Below, one piece after another: positions 60,901-64,000 of a stretch of 64,000 nt of DNA. This stretch comes from Pavona decussata (taxonomy: Eukaryota). The notes under the pieces were generated by a model. It did no database searches. It was not told the origin of the DNA and saw only the letters and a list, made by a program, of their open reading frames with translations. The position numbers and the translations under genes are program-made. Position 1 is the first letter of the stretch, and each line of letters starts with the position of its first letter. Location of the stretch: contig CDRNST010000112.1 of the NCBI GenBank assembly GCA_977016875.1, positions 1,240,001 through 1,304,000 of the forward strand, in the 5' to 3' direction.

Positions 60901-63552
60901 CTTCTCACAAAATTGGGGAGGCTATGAACCCTGGGTATCCTGTGCCCCTTCCACAGATCTACCACTTCTACAAACTTACCCAGCTGAATGAACATTGCTC
61001 TTTTCTAATAAAATTTCCATAGCATTCTCCACGCTGTACTGGGACTGGACACTCCGGTGGTACAAGATATGGAGACTTTTTAGCTTGTTGTTTGGCATAG
61101 AAGACGGCAGAAAGGAAGCGTACTTCAACCATGTTCAAACCAGCCTTAAGAGCCTTCTTAATGTCGAAGATGTACCTGTGGAACATGTTTGTTGAGCGAC
61201 CCACAGTGATGCCATTTACAAGAACAGTAGCTACCGTGTCCAGTCCTTCAAAAACCAGGAGAATCTGTCTTTTGGATAATAGGTCCTCAGAAACTGCAAA
61301 AATAAAAATTTACAAAATTAGTGATTAATCATCATATAAGAAACCAATAGGTTGGTAAGTAGCTCAGGTGTATTTGCATGACGCAGCTAAAACCATTGTT
61401 AATTAGGTTAATTTGCCATTATTGGTTGAAAAAAAGGAGATACTCAAATTTTAAGTTAGTAACAGCAGAATGTGAGAACACCTGTTCTGAGTTCATTAGG
61501 TAAAATTTGCAGCATAAGGTATTTTTTTAACTCACTGTAGATTAATAATTTTTCATTTTGGTCAATCGAGGTGGATTCTTTTTTGGAAGTGGAGTATAAC
61601 TAAAGTTAAAACTCAATAAATTAGTGTTCAATAGATGGAAAAAGGCATATAAAAATTTAGACACTTTCTTGGCCTAATTGTCTTTGACAATGACAATATA
61701 TTTTTTGGCTATTTTTCAGCTTATGACTTCTTTTGCACTTCTTTATCACTAATAAAATAATGCAAGTCCCCCCTTCCCCTGTAAAATCTAGATACAAGAC
61801 TTGGTTCTCAAAAACTGAACTCCTTGATAAATTTCTTTGCTTGAAGCAATTCTATTTTTAAGTCCAAAATATTAGTCATGAACTGAACGTCATTTTCTAG
61901 ATGAAATACACTGTACCCATTGAAAGGACACTTATCATACCTTTATCTACCTGTCCAGTACACATGTTAGTTTCCAATATTAGTCTACTAAGGCTAATCA
62001 CATACATAAGACACTTAAAGGGACTATGTCAGCAGGGGGACATGCACAGTAGAGTCCATGCGTTGATAGAACCACTTTGAAATCGTTGGCCCAACTTTGT
62101 CAAATTACCGTCAGAGAGTTCAGGAAGCTGAAGCCCTTTTTATCTGCCTGAATCGCGTTCATCTTCGGAAAGTTAGTTAAATTTTTTATTTACAAACATT
62201 CCTCAATAATTACAGAAGCTGTTTGTCGCAATATTTCTGAAATCGTTTGCTCTGAGCGCTATTAATGTCACTGGTTTTGGACGTAATTTTTCGAGCACAA
62301 GTAGTTTTGCAATTGCAAGGATCGGCATATAAACAAAAGAAACTCACATGTAAGTCATTAGTTATCACCGTATCGGCAAAGGTAAGCTGACCGATAATTT
62401 ACATCAGAAAGCATGATGCCATTTTGATGAAAAGGATTTTTAGAAAAAAAAAATAGGAGAGATGCAGCTGTGCCAGAAAGTGTCCAGTTGTGTTTTGAAC
62501 TTTCCATACTCTCCCTGTATTTTTTCTCGCAAACTATTTTTAGTAGCAGTTCATGGCTGGTTCGCTATACAGACAAAATATGTATGGAAATGTCAAAATA
62601 CAACTAGATGCTTTCTAGCACAGCTACATTCCTCAGTTATTTTCTGTACATTCCTTTGCATAGTGCCTAAAGTTTCCAATTCATGAATTTTCCAGAAGTG
62701 GTGTTTTATGAAAATTATTTGACATCGGATTTCCATACAAACACTGTTATTTCAGACGTGTTTGCCTACTCGTCAAAATGGCTTCGAAAACCGTGATATT
62801 AGACCTGTGGTAAAGATTCTGGGACATGCAGCAAACCTCAGTGATTCATGTACAGTATTTTGTCACATGACAAAGACTTGATCAAATATGGCTGCCAGAT
62901 GGATACCATATTTAATCCAAGAAGCAATATTGTAGCAAGGACGAAAATCAAGTGTTTGTCATATGACAAATACTCCAGAGTCCATAGAACATTTTGCAGC
63001 ATGTCTCATAGTCTTTGCTGCTGTCTGCCATTTTAAATGTCGCTTAGACCTTTGGGATGAGGTTGGAGAAAGCCACTGATACAGTTAAGGTGGTGCAGTA
63101 GTCTAGTGGTTTTAACAGCATGTTGTACGTCAGATCCGAAGGGAACTGGTTCGAGGCCTAACTTCTGTTATGATCCATCAAAAAAAAAAAAAAACTGGAG
63201 ATCTCAAATCTTTATGGCACCAGATTGGTAAGAGTTCTCCTTCATCAAAGGACCTTAAAATAAAATAACATAAACTATTCAAACCTTCAAAAGACCTCGT
63301 GTAGGTCCAGTTGTCGTAAGCTATCCAGCGATATTTGACATCATTGAACCGGAAGTAAGGATCCATGATAGTGCCATTCCGATAAAGTGCCGTGTGTACA
63401 TTTCCGGGGACTTCTCCATAAATACCTAAGCTCTTATTTGCATTGTGAACAATCCAGGTACCTCCTAGGTTAACCTCTATAGCGCTACAAACAATGAAAT
63501 TAAGATGACTAAACGAAAGAGCTACTACAAACATGAAGTGTTTGACGGCCAT
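32417..63552 (-). CDS. MANBA: Lysosomal beta-mannosidase (GH2), 22 coding exons, 889 aa
   Basis: Exons 63552-63285, 61293-60980, 60115-60081, 59545-59478, 58748-58507, 57610-57508, 56919-56851, 56644-56503, 55248-55155, 54392-54313, 53387-53339, 52612-52471, 51404-51225, 50882-50785, 49967-49899, 48372-48338, 36737-36677, 35519-35418, 34501-34400, 33752-33570, 32995-32849 and 32503-32417 join into a 2670-nt open frame. Signal peptide, [22 protein letters not shown] (acid/base), ASEYGFQS (nucleophile), YWQLNSIW. Confidence 0.96.
34099..34193. mobile_element. Hairpin MITE (TAG...CTA) with 9-bp TSD
   Basis: About 39-bp near-perfect inverted arms; TSD ATTGAAAGA at 34090-34098 and 34194-34202. 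Confidence 0.8.
36210..36640 (-). mobile_element. L2/CR1 LINE 3' fragment
   Basis: [11 protein letters not shown]...[22 protein letters not shown]...[10 protein letters not shown] followed by an (ATT)n tail. Confidence 0.8.
37522..37997. repeat. Minisatellite of about 20-bp and 13-bp subunits (TTCCCAGAATCCTAAACGC / TTCCCAGAGTCC)
   Basis: Directly visible imperfect tandem array. Confidence 0.9.
38335..38372 (-). ncRNA. Solo minimal hammerhead-like motif (pLTR remnant of a different Penelope family)
   Basis: On -: GAC TTGAAAA T GACGTT-AGTTC-AACGTC GAAAC GTC GT. Core and 6-bp helix II are intact; helix I is weak. Confidence 0.6.
38600..38689 (+). promoter_or_regulatory. Putative non-coding leader exon of dioxygenase copy 3
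   Basis: AATCGTCTGCTCTTCA motif and donor AAAG|GTATGTTTACTCGT at 38689/38690, as in copies 1 and 2. Confidence 0.6.
39604..39721. repeat. 21-bp tandem repeat (ACTCTCGACTCTCGACAAATC)
   Basis: About 5.5 imperfect units visible. Confidence 0.85.
39895..40130. repeat. GGGAATCTTTAAAA-type imperfect tandem array (probable transposon subterminal repeats)
   Basis: About 12 degenerate 16-17-bp units following GGGAACGGGAAC. Confidence 0.6.
40300..40627. mobile_element. MITE with TTAA TSD (Kolobok-like)
   Basis: TTAA|GGTGGCT ... AGCCGCC|TTAA. Confidence 0.55.
41658..44744 (+). CDS. TauD/TfdA-family Fe(II)/2-oxoglutarate dioxygenase (SyrP/DdaC-like), copy 3, 393 aa, nested in MANBA intron 16
   Basis: Exons 41658-42233, 42962-43168 and 44346-44744 (576/207/399 nt). 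Motifs [31 protein letters not shown] 5 nt after the stop codon. Confidence 0.9.
45776..46103. other. Assembly gap (328 N)
   Basis: Run of n characters. Confidence 1.
46104..46550 (-). mobile_element. L2/CR1 LINE 3' fragment
   Basis: The - strand encodes ...[28 protein letters not shown]..., an ORF2 C-terminal motif. Confidence 0.65.
46680..47800 (-). mobile_element. Degenerate BEL/Pao LTR retrotransposon pol fragments
   Basis: RNase H-like region ([30 protein letters not shown]...SRG, LWW), then the integrase C-terminal part ([25 protein letters not shown]). The integrase core is missing and there are several frameshifts. Confidence 0.8.
47807..48118. repeat. 21-bp minisatellite (GCGACATTGGAGTTTCACAAT)
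   Basis: About 14 imperfect units. Confidence 0.88.
48459..48727. mobile_element. PIF/Harbinger-like MITE
   Basis: About 34-bp TIRs AGCCGCCGTTACACGTTGAAACTTTTAGCTGAAA with TTA TSD. Confidence 0.75.
49303..49520. mobile_element. TAG...CTA MITE with 9-bp TSD
   Basis: TAGCCTGTGAACAGGCT / AGCCTGTTCACAGGCTA; TSD ACTACCAAC on both sides. Confidence 0.8.
50108..50511. mobile_element. Kolobok-like MITE
   Basis: TIRs AGGAAACCTCCACTC / GAGTGGAGGTTTCCT, flanks TTAA / TTGA, and long internal inverted repeats. Confidence 0.65.
52918..53049. repeat. Hairpin-type interspersed repeat
   Basis: GCGTTATTGACCAAGCGTGAGGTCAAGATGGCTGGATA and its near-perfect reverse complement. Confidence 0.7.
54828..54906. repeat. 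(ATTT)n microsatellite
   Basis: Directly visible. Confidence 0.95.
63090..63165 (+). mobile_element. Degenerate tRNA-derived SINE head
   Basis: A-box-like TAGTCTAGTGG (63099-63109) and B-box-like GGTTCGAGGCC (63148-63158); no complete cloverleaf. Confidence 0.4.
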
Positions 63553-63672
63553 CTTGAAAGATCTTGAAATGATCTAATTCCGTGCGCCTGTAAGCATTGT
63601 GGTCAGCGTTTCATAACAGCAAAATGGCGGCAAAATTTTGCTGCGCTTTCAGCTCGTGAAAATGGCTGTAAA
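63553..63672. promoter_or_regulatory. 120-bp interval between divergent MANBA and TERT start codons (probable bidirectional promoter)
   Basis: Divergent ATGs at 63552 (-) and 63673 (+). YY1-type motifs CAAAATGGCGGC (63620-63631) and CAAGATGGCCG at the MANBA start. Confidence 0.7.
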
Positions 63673-64000
63673 ATGGTGGCTAAAAAAGGGAAGGAGAAGA
63701 AAAATCATCTTTGTAATGCTCGCAGAATAATATATTCCTTCTACTTTAAGTCATTTACATTGCTAAGCTACATTCGCAAGGTGAAAAATGACAGATCTGG
63801 AGAAATCATTCAAGATGGCGACCCTGCAGAATACAGACAACTTCTCAAATCAACTATCATAGCAGTTCCTAGAGATCAGTCGGTCACGCCGCCATTCAAG
63901 CCCAGTCACACTCAGTGGTGTACTCTAAAGGAGATCATCAACAGAGTAATCGGGCACTTCTGCCGCTTAAACAAGTCGAACGTTCTTGCTTTTGGCTTTG
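63673..64000 (+). CDS. TERT: Telomerase reverse transcriptase, N-terminal TEN domain (runs off the right edge)
   Basis: Open frame MVAKKGKEKKNHLCNARRIIYSFYFKSFTLLSYIRK...IIQDGDPAEYRQLLKSTIIAVP...QWCTLKEIINRVIGHFCRLNKSNVLAFGF. It matches the recalled vertebrate TERT pattern [22 protein letters not shown]...[29 protein letters not shown]. An in-frame stop lies upstream at 63565-63567. Confidence 0.9.
   Translation, partial: MVAKKGKEKKNHLCNARRIIYSFYFKSFTLLSYIRKVKNDRSGEIIQDGDPAEYRQLLKSTIIAVPRDQSVTPPFKPSHTQWCTLKEIINRVIGHFCRLNKSNVLAFGF

Noticed and set aside
63090-63165. tRNA gene
   Set aside because: A and B boxes are present but no acceptor or anticodon stems form; better read as a decayed SINE head.
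371-64000. Biosynthetic gene cluster around the dioxygenases
   Set aside because: The neighbours are housekeeping genes (NNT, MANBA, TERT); no NRPS, PKS, ligase or transporter is visible in the window.
9315-64000. Functional link between the Penelope RT and TERT (related RT lineages in one window)
   Set aside because: They are about 48 kb apart and the Penelope copy is a TSD-flanked, decayed intronic insertion; nothing in the sequence links them, so I treat the proximity as coincidence.

Overview
Repeat-rich animal genomic DNA with spliceosomal introns, most consistent with a cnidarian or stony coral (inferred from repeat style, not proven). Gene order, left to right: (1) the 5' part of NNT on the - strand, running off the left edge; (2) three paralogous + strand TauD/TfdA-family Fe(II)/2-oxoglutarate dioxygenase genes (SyrP/DdaC-like HxE...H type) with probable mitochondrial presequences; (3) a complete 22-coding-exon beta-mannosidase gene (MANBA) on the - strand, with dioxygenase copy 3 nested antisense in its intron 16; (4) at the right edge, the start of TERT on the + strand, missed by the ORF track, whose ATG is only 120 bp from the MANBA ATG. 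The three dioxygenases share a near-identical N-terminal block that abuts a hypervariable segment around the HxE motif. Copy 1 also carries an inverted 200-bp copy of mostly that segment in its own first intron. That copy sits next to a 6.5-kb inverted Penelope-like retroelement with minimal hammerhead ribozymes, whose 5' end falls at the predicted self-cleavage site. Also present: a Tx1/L1 LINE inserted in an orphan duplicate of the MANBA last exon, L2/CR1 and BEL/Pao remnants, many MITEs, minisatellites and a 328-N assembly gap. Exon structures were reconstructed by hand from splice signals and reading frame; no database searches were run.
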